Of a stretch of DNA of 13,301 nt, positions 1 through 7,413 are shown in pieces; within the stretch, counting starts at the first letter, position 1, and each line of letters begins with the position of its first letter. The notes under the pieces are model-generated. The model saw nothing but the letters and a program-made list of their open reading frames with translations, ran no database searches and was not told the DNA's origin. Origin of the DNA: Candidatus Odinarchaeia archaeon (GTDB lineage: Archaea; Asgardarchaeota; Odinarchaeia; Odinarchaeales; Odinarchaeaceae). Location of the stretch: assembly GCA_029856525.1 (NCBI GenBank), contig JAHQXC010000032.1, positions 1 through 13,301 on the forward strand. The letters run 5' to 3'. A program made the position numbers and the translations under genes.

Positions 1-1455
1 AAACTCGGATAGAAGACGGCGGCCGCCGCTTAAAACACGTTTAGAATCATAGAAAGCCATGTTACCGGCTCCGGGAATATATTTAAATTCAACAGGGTCA
101 GGGATAGTCTCAAAATATTCTGAAGCCTTACGGTGAACAGCCTTAGATAAAGGGTGCTGAGAGTGCTTCTCAGCTACAGCAGCGAACATGAGAACATCTC
201 TTTCAGAAGCGTTGAAACCGATGATATCGGTGACAGACGGTTCCCCTCTAGTTAATGTACCAGTCTTATCGAAGACGATTGTAGTAAGACTTTGAGCAGC
301 CTCCAGGTACTCGGCTCCACGGATTAGAATACCGGATTCAGCGCCCTTACCTACACCGACTATTAAAGCCGTCGGCGTTGCGATTCCTAAAGCGCAGGGA
401 CAGGCGATGATCATAACAGCTATAAAAGAGAGTAAGCCCACACTGTAATCGCCGAGAATAAAAGTCCATGAGAGAAGAGAGATAAAAGCTGCTAGAATAA
501 CACCTGGAACAAATCTAGCTGCAACCCTATCAGCTATCCGTTGAATAGGAGCTGAAGACGCTTGAGCTTCTTCAACCATTCGAATAATCTGGTTTAAAGT
601 GGTTTCAGCGCCTATCCTAGTCGCTTTAATTTTAAGAAAACCTGTTAAATTAACAGTAGCCCCGATCACACTGTCACCGACAGTTTTATCAACAGGAACA
701 CTCTCACCGGTGATCATCTTCTCATCGATGGATGAAGAGCCTTCAACGATCACACCGTCAGCCGGGATCTTCTCACCGGGGGAGACTAAGATTAAATCGT
801 TTAATCGAATATTAGAAGCTGAGATAACCTCAACTTTACTGTTTCGAATAACTCTAGCCATAGTAGGAGATAAATCCATCAGCTTCCGGATAGTAGCGGA
901 GCTGCGTTTCTTAATAGACTCCTCTAAGTATTTACCTAAAAGAACAAATGCGATGATAATAGCAGCTACATCAAAGTAGACGTCTCTAGGAGTGAAAGGG
1001 AGAAAACCTGGAGCGAACACGGCGATAGAACTATAAATGTAAGCGGTTAAAGTTCCAACAGCGATCAGTAAATCCATGTTCGCAACCCGGTTTCTTATAG
1101 CTTTAACAGCACCCTTATAAAAAGTCCAGCCGCCGATAAATTGAATCGGCGTAGTGATAATGAATAAGATAACACCGTAGTTCAACCATGGAAGTAAGCT
1201 GATAGGAACCCATGTGAAAAAAGTTACACCTGCAGCTAAAACTAGAAAAGCCGCCGCTCTAAGAGCCGCTAAGAAAATAGCCCCTGTTAAAGCCACACTC
1301 ATCCTTCTACGCATAGATTTAAGCTCGCGTTCAGGGGATTCGAAGATGCGAAGACAGGTCTCACTGCAAAAATAATATGTGCGACCGTTAACCACGGTTT
1401 TGAAAGGCGTCTTCTCAGGGTCTACTTCCATGCCGCAGACAGGGTCTCGAACCAT
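1..1455 (-). CDS. copA: Heavy-metal (probably Cu+) P1B-type ATPase with N-terminal YHS/TRASH metal-binding domain; 3' end runs off the window
   Basis: Not in the ORF track; translated by hand from ATG at 1455, open for 485 codons to the edge. Motifs: [13 protein letters not shown]...[12 protein letters not shown] (YHS/TRASH), [34 protein letters not shown] (CPC 394..402), DKTGT (256..270), SQHPL. The C-terminal YN/MxxSS subtype motifs lie outside the window. Confidence 0.93.
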   Translation of the reverse strand, partial: MVRDPVCGMEVDPEKTPFKTVVNGRTYYFCSETCLRIFESPERELKSMRRRMSVALTGAIFLAALRAAAFLVLAAGVTFFTWVPISLLPWLNYGVILFIITTPIQFIGGWTFYKGAVKAIRNRVANMDLLIAVGTLTAYIYSSIAVFAPGFLPFTPRDVYFDVAAIIIAFVLLGKYLEESIKKRSSATIRKLMDLSPTMARVIRNSKVEVISASNIRLNDLILVSPGEKIPADGVIVEGSSSIDEKMITGESVPVDKTVGDSVIGATVNLTGFLKIKATRIGAETTLNQIIRMVEEAQASSAPIQRIADRVAARFVPGVILAAFISLLSWTFILGDYSVGLLSFIAVMIIACPCALGIATPTALIVGVGKGAESGILIRGAEYLEAAQSLTTIVFDKTGTLTRGEPSVTDIIGFNASERDVLMFAAVAEKHSQHPLSKAVHRKASEYFETIPDPVEFKYIPGAGNMAFYDSKRVLSGGRRLLSEF

Positions 1456-1462
1456 AAAGAAT

Positions 1463-1485
1463 ATAACAGTGTTATCGAATATAAA
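1463..1485 (-). promoter_or_regulatory. Putative copA promoter: TATA-like TTTATAT (1479..1485) with downstream palindrome ATAAC-N3-GTTAT (1463..1475)
   Basis: The TATA-like box lies 23 nt upstream of the ATG, a spacing typical of leaderless archaeal mRNAs. No SD is visible. A perfect 5-bp inverted repeat sits between the TATA box and the start. Confidence 0.5.
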
Positions 1486-1497
1486 TCTAGCTATAAA

Positions 1498-2106
1498 TCA
1501 AATATCAGCCAGTAAAGCTGAAACACGCCCCTCCACCATCTCAGTTGAAGCTGAAGCTGGAAGAGAATCTATTAAAACACCTCCACGGAGAAATAGAATA
1601 ACAGGGGTCTCAGATATGTTGAAACGGGTACAAATAGATGAAAGCTTACAGTCAGCCTTATAAAAATAGATTCGACCCTTATAATTCGAGGCTAAAGAAG
1701 CTAAAACAGACTCTAAACGCTCACATCCACCGCAGCTTCCATCGTAAACTAAGAGGACAACAGGCTTAAAAGTCTCTAAAACAAGACCTGGAAAAGTGTG
1801 ATCGTCGATCCTGCGTAGAACCCTCCTCTTTCTAAATAAGCTTTTAAGCCTGGTTAAACCGCTCTCATAATCTTTATAAGCGATACTATAACCTAAGTTT
1901 TCGAGCACATCTTCTAAAACAGGTAAATCCACACGGCTGTAATCATATTTAACAGAGACAACACCGCTCATATAATCCATTTTAGCGTCAACTACACCGT
2001 CAACCCTGCTTAGAATATTCTCCACGTCAAGCCTGCATTTAGCGCAGTTAACACCTCTAACAGGAATCCTCCTCTCAGCGATCTTAGCTGAACCCATAGA
2101 AATCAT
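1498..2106 (-). CDS. HMA (CopZ-like) domain fused to a thioredoxin-fold domain
   Basis: N-terminal IPVRGVNCAKC...LSRVDGV...VSVKYD...LENLGY matches the HMA GMxCxxC fold. C-terminal KPVVLLVYDGSCGGCERL...FYKAD...FNISETPVILF matches Trx CxxC plus the cis-Pro motif. The start could also be the Met at 2097. Confidence 0.82.
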   Translation of the reverse strand: MISMGSAKIAERRIPVRGVNCAKCRLDVENILSRVDGVVDAKMDYMSGVVSVKYDYSRVDLPVLEDVLENLGYSIAYKDYESGLTRLKSLFRKRRVLRRIDDHTFPGLVLETFKPVVLLVYDGSCGGCERLESVLASLASNYKGRIYFYKADCKLSSICTRFNISETPVILFLRGGVLIDSLPASASTEMVEGRVSALLADI

Positions 2107-2119
2107 CTTAAAACATTAA

Positions 2120-2135
2120 TGAAATTATAGTTTCA
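2120..2135 (-). promoter_or_regulatory. Putative promoter/operator of the copper module: TGAAA-N6-TTTCA palindrome overlapping BRE/TATA-like GAAACTATAAT
   Basis: Inverted repeat at 2120..2124 and 2131..2135. The TATA-like element starts 24 nt upstream of ATG 2106. Confidence 0.42.
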
Positions 2136-2139
2136 CAAA

Positions 2140-3600
2140 TTAAACTAGAATTAAACTCTTCTTAAAAAGCTTATGCAAATCAGAGTCTTTTAAACCAGCC
2201 CGCTCAAGCAAGCGTTTAACAATAGATAAAACCACGTAACATACAATCTTATTATCAGACATGTATTTTAAAGCAGCGTCACGCCAAGCCTCGAAGAAGA
2301 AAGTGGAAAGATCACGCCTCCTCTCAAATATCTCAGAGTTTAAAGCTTCAAGAAGATTATTAACAGAGACGTTAACAGCGTCAACGTCTAAAGGAATCTC
2401 GGAGACTCCGACCGCGCAGTCGTCGAGATTCAAACCTCTAATCCCGGTTCGACGAATCAGAGTCCTCCTCAAATCAGCGTCCTCGAATTTAAATTTCACA
2501 AGCTCAGCGATCTGCAAAGCCGCTTCAGCTAAAAGCGATTGATTAGAAGCTAAAAGATTCCGAGCCGTCTTAATGAAAGGTTTAAAAAGCTCGGTGTAAA
2601 GGTAACGCGACTGCTGCGAATCGTTTATTAAAGCTTCAACCTCACAGATTCTACGCTCAATTAAACCATACTTCTCTTCTTCAACATCTAAAATATTCTT
2701 GAAAACCCGGCTTAAAATCTCAGAGTAATAGCTACCGGTTAAAGCAGTCTTAAAAGATTTACTGCGAGCATAAGATTTTAAAAGAGACCCGTCAAGTTCG
2801 ATAACAGTCTCAAAGTTTCTAAAAAATATATTCAACTGTTCAAAGTCGAAGGGTTCGCGAATAGACTTCAATAAAAGAGATGAAGGCAGATTTAAATCAC
2901 TGTTAGAAAAATTTTTAAAAAGATTATAAACCCGGTTGAAGCCTTCAATAACAGCGTTAAAACGCGAGCGCACAGTCTCAAAATCTCTTTCAAGTCGAAG
3001 ATTAGATTCACGGAGAATCTCAGCCCGCTGCAAGCTTAAATTATAATCACGCTCCAGCTCGTTAAAACGAGTATTCAAAGAATCATAAGAAGCCTGCAAA
3101 TCTCTAAGATTAGAAGCTAAACGCTTATTCTCATCTAATAGAGTAGCCTTCTCAGCTTGAAGCCCGGCTAAAGCCCTGTTAAGAGAATCCCTCTCCTCAA
3201 CAAGTCGACTACGCTCACACCTCCAGTCACCTAGCATAAAAGTAAAATTTTTTAGAACAGATGATAAAGCAGATTTAAAATTCTCTTTAAAAAGGTTAGA
3301 AGCCTCTACAAGCCGGTTATAAGAATCATAAAGCTCTCTGAAAACACTAGTATAAGAGTTCAGAGAATCCTTAAACTGTTTCATTAAATCTGATAGAAGC
3401 CCGGCGTCGAATACATTCGAAAAAACGGTTTTAGATAAATTCTCTGAGAAAAGCTTTAAACGCTCCAGCTCAACGTTATGATTATCGAATAAGCTGAGAA
3501 TACTATTCATTTCGAGAATCAACTGGTCTAAAGCAGATGAAAGCCGTTGAATTAAAGCGTTCAAAGTATTATTAAAGTCGTCGAAGATCTCATCACTCAT
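2140..3600 (-). CDS. Uncharacterised all-alpha protein with a long leucine-zipper coiled coil, directly downstream of tubulin
   Basis: 486-aa ORF with Leu at exact 7-residue spacing from L133 to L182 and an SD-like AGGTTGAT upstream. It starts 20 bp after the tubulin stop. Confidence 0.85.
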   Translation of the reverse strand: MSDEIFDDFNNTLNALIQRLSSALDQLILEMNSILSLFDNHNVELERLKLFSENLSKTVFSNVFDAGLLSDLMKQFKDSLNSYTSVFRELYDSYNRLVEASNLFKENFKSALSSVLKNFTFMLGDWRCERSRLVEERDSLNRALAGLQAEKATLLDENKRLASNLRDLQASYDSLNTRFNELERDYNLSLQRAEILRESNLRLERDFETVRSRFNAVIEGFNRVYNLFKNFSNSDLNLPSSLLLKSIREPFDFEQLNIFFRNFETVIELDGSLLKSYARSKSFKTALTGSYYSEILSRVFKNILDVEEEKYGLIERRICEVEALINDSQQSRYLYTELFKPFIKTARNLLASNQSLLAEAALQIAELVKFKFEDADLRRTLIRRTGIRGLNLDDCAVGVSEIPLDVDAVNVSVNNLLEALNSEIFERRRDLSTFFFEAWRDAALKYMSDNKIVCYVVLSIVKRLLERAGLKDSDLHKLFKKSLILV

Positions 3601-3605
3601 AAAAA

Positions 3606-3613
3606 ATCAACCT
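3606..3613 (-). promoter_or_regulatory. Shine-Dalgarno-like site AGGTTGAT for the 486-aa gene
   Basis: Resembles GGAGGTGAT and lies 5 nt from ATG 3600. A similar element precedes tubulin. Confidence 0.5.
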
Positions 3614-3620
3614 GAAACAG

Positions 3621-4895
3621 TTAAGAACCCTCAATCTCCCTGTAGATTCTAATAATCCTCTCAAAATTATCGCGAGCCTCCTTCAAAGCAGACTTAGATG
3701 TACCAGCGTTAACATAGTGGTTAATATACCAGTCACGGTTGAAAAGCGAGTCGAAACGTTCCAGTATACGTGTAAAAGGCTCGGCGATAATAGTGTTATT
3801 AGTTAAAAGACAGATCTCCCTGTCGAAGTCGACGGGGGCACTCTCACATATACCGTATTTTAAACCTAAATCAGGGTGAACACCCGGAGCGAACGCCACG
3901 TTAGCTTTAATATCGCTCATAATAGTGAAAGCGTTCTCTATAGCAATATTACCTCGAAACATTAAAACAGAGGAAATAGTTTTACCCTGACCGCTACAGT
4001 TCACCATGTAATGAGTCGGGTCGAAGCATCTCTCAACCAAGTCTAGTTCAGTGGACATTTCACTCTCCTCTCTAGTTAAAGGAGCTATAGAGGGAATAAT
4101 GAATTTAGTCTCAGGTAAAGCTACAAGGTTATGAGCCATCTCCATTAAATCCATGTTAAGCGGACCAGGGAATCGCAGAGAAGCTGTAATAGAAGCCATC
4201 ACCCGTCCGATTAGAAAATTAAGATCCGAGAACTGCTTGATCACAGGGTAATTCAACTGGTCTTTAACAATTCTTATAAGAGCGGTGTTATCGAATAAGA
4301 CAACCAGATCCGAGAATCTAGCTAAATGGTTTAAGCTTAAAACCGTGTTATAAGGCGCTAAAGTCACATCGTTAACCTCTGAGGGGAGAATACTAAAGTT
4401 GAGAACACCTTTATCAGGGAACTCTCTCTTAAGAGTCTCAGTTATAAGAGAGCCGAAGCCGCTGCCGGTTCCACCGCCAAGCGTGTGAATCACGAGAAAC
4501 CCTTGAAGCGTATCAGGCATAGTATCCCTAATCTTCTCTAAGATAACGGGTATAAGCTTCTTACCGGTCTGGTAGCCTATAGACCACACGTTGTGAGCTC
4601 CAGAGTAGCTTAAAACCATAAGATCCTCGGAGAAAAAAGAGCCCAGCTTCCTCTCTTTCACGAGAAATTCTACAGCTAAAGGCTCCAAGTCGACGAAGAG
4701 AGCGCGAGGGTGAAAGCCGTCCGGAGCCTCCACTAAGAAAACAGATTTATAATCAACTTTATCCTCGGCTTCAGGCCTCCTCTGATTACTCTGAATATCC
4801 ACATCATGCTCCTCGCAAATCCTCTTCCAAAAATTGTAGCCTATCTGATTGCCGCCTTGACCTACATGTAAAACTAATATCTCTCTACCAGGCAT
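3621..4895 (-). CDS. Asgard archaeal tubulin (OdinTubulin-like)
   Basis: MPGREILVLHVGQGGNQIG (cf. MREI...GQCGNQIG), RALFVDLEP, GAHNVWSIG, signature GGGTGSG (G140-G146, 4458..4478), PYNTVLS, DNTAL, T7 loop LRFPGPLNMDLME and RDWYINHYVNAG (cf. FxHWYxGEG). The tubulin-type C-terminal helices are present, unlike FtsZ/CetZ. Confidence 0.97.
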   Translation of the reverse strand: MPGREILVLHVGQGGNQIGYNFWKRICEEHDVDIQSNQRRPEAEDKVDYKSVFLVEAPDGFHPRALFVDLEPLAVEFLVKERKLGSFFSEDLMVLSYSGAHNVWSIGYQTGKKLIPVILEKIRDTMPDTLQGFLVIHTLGGGTGSGFGSLITETLKREFPDKGVLNFSILPSEVNDVTLAPYNTVLSLNHLARFSDLVVLFDNTALIRIVKDQLNYPVIKQFSDLNFLIGRVMASITASLRFPGPLNMDLMEMAHNLVALPETKFIIPSIAPLTREESEMSTELDLVERCFDPTHYMVNCSGQGKTISSVLMFRGNIAIENAFTIMSDIKANVAFAPGVHPDLGLKYGICESAPVDFDREICLLTNNTIIAEPFTRILERFDSLFNRDWYINHYVNAGTSKSALKEARDNFERIIRIYREIEGS

Positions 4896-4900
4896 ATTAA

Positions 4901-4910
4901 ATCAAACCCT
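4901..4910 (-). promoter_or_regulatory. Shine-Dalgarno-like site AGGGTTTGAT for tubulin
   Basis: Lies 5 nt upstream of ATG 4895 in a 31-bp gap, consistent with an internal cistron. Confidence 0.42.
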
Positions 4911-4926
4911 GATATTTTTTAAAGAT

Positions 4927-6564
4927 TCATGCAACCTGCTGGAAATGTTTAAACACTTCCTCAGATATCCTTCTACAAAGCTCGTTATCAGATAGGTACT
5001 TGTTAAAGTAGTTATATAAAGATTCTTTTGAAACATTCTTTATTTTCTTAACGAGAATCTCAGGAGAGAATAAAATCTCATAGCCGTCAACTCTCACAAG
5101 TCTAATAGAAGAATTATTTTTAATATAGTCTTCGATATATTCACTGGAGATATTCTTAACCTCAGCTCGTTTAACCCAGCCCCTCTCCCCGTATGCTCGA
5201 AGAACATTCATTAAAACGTTAACACCCTCACCCTCTAGAATAAGCGGGAGAATCGTATCATAGATAAACTGTTCCCTAGCGTATTCGCCTGGAATACAGT
5301 TTTGAAATAAAGCGGCTCCGCGAATAGTATTCGAATTAACACCTCTAAGCCTATTCCTAATACACTCGGTGATAGCAGGGTAATGGTTTAAAAGAAAATT
5401 CTCTAACGTGATTAAAAGCCTTCTAACACCATCCCAGCCACCCTTCTCTTTAAAGTTGAGAAGCCAAGATGAGATAACACCTAGAATACGGTTCCTGAAA
5501 TCTCTATAAACGTCACCCAACCGGTCAAGATAGGAGAGAATACTTTTAACAGCTGTGTGAACCTCCAAGCAGATTAATCTAAGCTTATCGACGAAAAGAG
5601 ACTCCTGCTCCACGTATTCTCTGAAGCCTACTCTAAACTTCTCTAATATTATTTTGAAAAGAGTCAAAGAGTTTTTAACATCAGGCTGCTCTAAAACAAT
5701 GTTTAAAGGGATACCGGCATCCTGGAGTAGAAAGACGATCTCGCCGAGATTCCTAAAACACTCGCTTATAGAGTCTAGTAGTTGAAGAGCCTCCTCTAAA
5801 AATAGTTGCTCCGTATCCTCAACGATTATTCTAGACGCCAACCTATCTAGAAAAGCTTGAAAGTCTAATCCTATAGTCTTAAAAAACTCAGCTTTCCGAG
5901 CGTCCACACCGCCTTGAACATCCATAACCTTCACGTAAACGAGGTTCCTGAAAGCTATCCGACGCTCCAGCTCATCTAAACTCCTCTTAAACTCTTCTAG
6001 ACTGCTACGCCAGCCTATAATATTATCAGTGACAGTTGAAAGCTCTATAATATTAAAAACATTAGAATTTTTTAATCTACCAAGATAGTCTAATAATTTA
6101 AGCAGCTCAGATTTCAAGGCTCCAAGCCTAGATTCGAATTCTACGAGAACACTCCAGTTCATTCCACGTTTAGCCGTCTCCTCTCGTATAAGCGTGAAAT
6201 CGCGTTCAACACTTTTAAGAGACTCATCTAAGCCGGCCAGATAATCCAAGCAGTAACCGTAGATCTTAGCCTGAGCTTCAAGCATATTACCTTCAAGTCT
6301 ACTAAGCTTCTCTGAGAGAAGTCTAACAGACTTCTTCCTAGCACCGAATAAGCCTTTAACACCGCTAGTCGACTCCACAGCTATCTTCAACTCTAAACCT
6401 AGTTTTTCAACATCGTTAGCTAAAAGTTTAATAAACTCTAATATCTCAGAGGAGCCGGGTAGAATACTAGAAGCCTTAGAAAGCATGGTTTGAATAACCC
6501 CGCCAGCCTCCTTCAACTTCAAGCTAAGCGACTCTGTATCAGAGCTCATAGAATACACCGCCAA
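4927..6564 (-). CDS. Uncharacterised 540-545-aa helical-bundle/coiled-coil protein directly upstream of tubulin
   Basis: Long ORF rich in L/E/K with several amphipathic helices. The real start is probably ATG 6549 (MSSDTE), since SD-like GGCGGTG (6556..6562) sits 6 nt upstream; the track's start is a TTG. Confidence 0.85.
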   Translation of the reverse strand: MAVYSMSSDTESLSLKLKEAGGVIQTMLSKASSILPGSSEILEFIKLLANDVEKLGLELKIAVESTSGVKGLFGARKKSVRLLSEKLSRLEGNMLEAQAKIYGYCLDYLAGLDESLKSVERDFTLIREETAKRGMNWSVLVEFESRLGALKSELLKLLDYLGRLKNSNVFNIIELSTVTDNIIGWRSSLEEFKRSLDELERRIAFRNLVYVKVMDVQGGVDARKAEFFKTIGLDFQAFLDRLASRIIVEDTEQLFLEEALQLLDSISECFRNLGEIVFLLQDAGIPLNIVLEQPDVKNSLTLFKIILEKFRVGFREYVEQESLFVDKLRLICLEVHTAVKSILSYLDRLGDVYRDFRNRILGVISSWLLNFKEKGGWDGVRRLLITLENFLLNHYPAITECIRNRLRGVNSNTIRGAALFQNCIPGEYAREQFIYDTILPLILEGEGVNVLMNVLRAYGERGWVKRAEVKNISSEYIEDYIKNNSSIRLVRVDGYEILFSPEILVKKIKNVSKESLYNYFNKYLSDNELCRRISEEVFKHFQQVA

Positions 6565-6570
6565 GTTAAA

Positions 6571-7329
6571 CTATTTAAGCAAGCTTATTATAATTCTACC
6601 CCTATCAACTTTATAAGCTAGATCAGAGGAGATGTGATCTCTAAACTGGTTTTTAACAACGCGGAGAAAGCGTAGAACACGGTTATTCAACTCTCTAATC
6701 CTCAACTCTACAACCGCGTCGACAAGCTGGTATATCATAGATAGAAATTCAGGCGAGTGAGCCCCCCTGTTAACATAGTAAACAGCTTGATCGTTAAACT
6801 GTTTATGAATCCGGAAAGCCGATCTACAGAATCGGATAATATCCTGAACAGGTAGATTAATGCTCAGAGAAGTTAAATTAGAGAAAACCCATCTAACCGT
6901 GAAACCGCTTGGAATAGATTCACGCACCTGCTTCATAGCGAATAAAAGCTTAGAAAGATTATAAGGGTTATCTAAAACAACTGTGAAAGAAGTCGACTTA
7001 ACCTTATCCTGAGAGAGCTCACCGGTGAAACAGTCGATGAAGCGAAACCTACCAGACTCACATATAGCCTTCAACTCATCCCTTAAAAAATCGGATTCAA
7101 CACCTAAACCGATAACACTGTTCAAAGAGTATTCGAAAGCGTGATCAAAGTCTAGTTGAATCACATAGTCGCCTCTAAGCAGACTACTCCTAATAATCTC
7201 AGAGCTGAAAACCAATTCATCTGAACCAGGGTCAAATGAGATAAGAGCCACACCGTTCCTGAGAACACCCCCTCCAAGCGCAGCGTCAAGCCCCTCTATC
7301 CCTAAAGGAAGAAAATCAGCTTCAAACAA
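6571..7329 (-). CDS. KaiC/RAD55 (RecA-superfamily) fold protein, predicted catalytically inactive
   Basis: LPLGIEGLDAALGGGV start, LVDAVVELR and RFLRVVK are typical of the family. The Walker A position reads FDPGSDEL and the Walker B position reads RWVFSNL. TTG start with SD GGTGG (7337..7341). Confidence 0.82.
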   Translation of the reverse strand: MFEADFLPLGIEGLDAALGGGVLRNGVALISFDPGSDELVFSSEIIRSSLLRGDYVIQLDFDHAFEYSLNSVIGLGVESDFLRDELKAICESGRFRFIDCFTGELSQDKVKSTSFTVVLDNPYNLSKLLFAMKQVRESIPSGFTVRWVFSNLTSLSINLPVQDIIRFCRSAFRIHKQFNDQAVYYVNRGAHSPEFLSMIYQLVDAVVELRIRELNNRVLRFLRVVKNQFRDHISSDLAYKVDRGRIIISLLK

Positions 7330-7413
7330 AACTAAACCACCGTGAAAATTAAAGCCTGTTTAAAAATAATATGGTTAAACGATTATAAAAAATTTAAAAA
7401 ATAGAAGAAAGTT
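7330..7413 (-). promoter_or_regulatory. AT-rich gap with T6-AAA-T6 tract (likely terminator of the NTase gene) and TATA candidates for the four-gene tubulin block
   Basis: On the minus strand: TTTTTTAAATTTTTT at 7387..7401, TTTATAA at 7383..7389, TTTTTAAA at 7359..7366 and SD at 7337..7341. Confidence 0.45.

Noticed and set aside
136-162. CopA N-domain SQHP instead of SEHP as a sign of inactivity
   Set aside because: The upstream Glu and the HP pair are retained, and this position varies among P1B ATPases.
599-979. 126-aa plus-strand ORF
   Set aside because: Antisense shadow of copA; no motifs.
1379-1663. 94-aa plus-strand ORF
   Set aside because: Antisense to both copA and the HMA-Trx gene and spans their promoter gap; no recognisable domain.
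2261-2542. 93-aa plus-strand ORF
   Set aside because: S/K/A-rich antisense shadow of the coiled-coil gene.
3621-4895. FtsZ, CetZ or plasmid/phage TubZ assignment, or eukaryotic contamination
   Set aside because: The sequence has tubulin-specific N-terminal, T7 and C-terminal motifs. It is intronless, SD-led and embedded among archaeal-type genes, with no mobile-element hallmarks.
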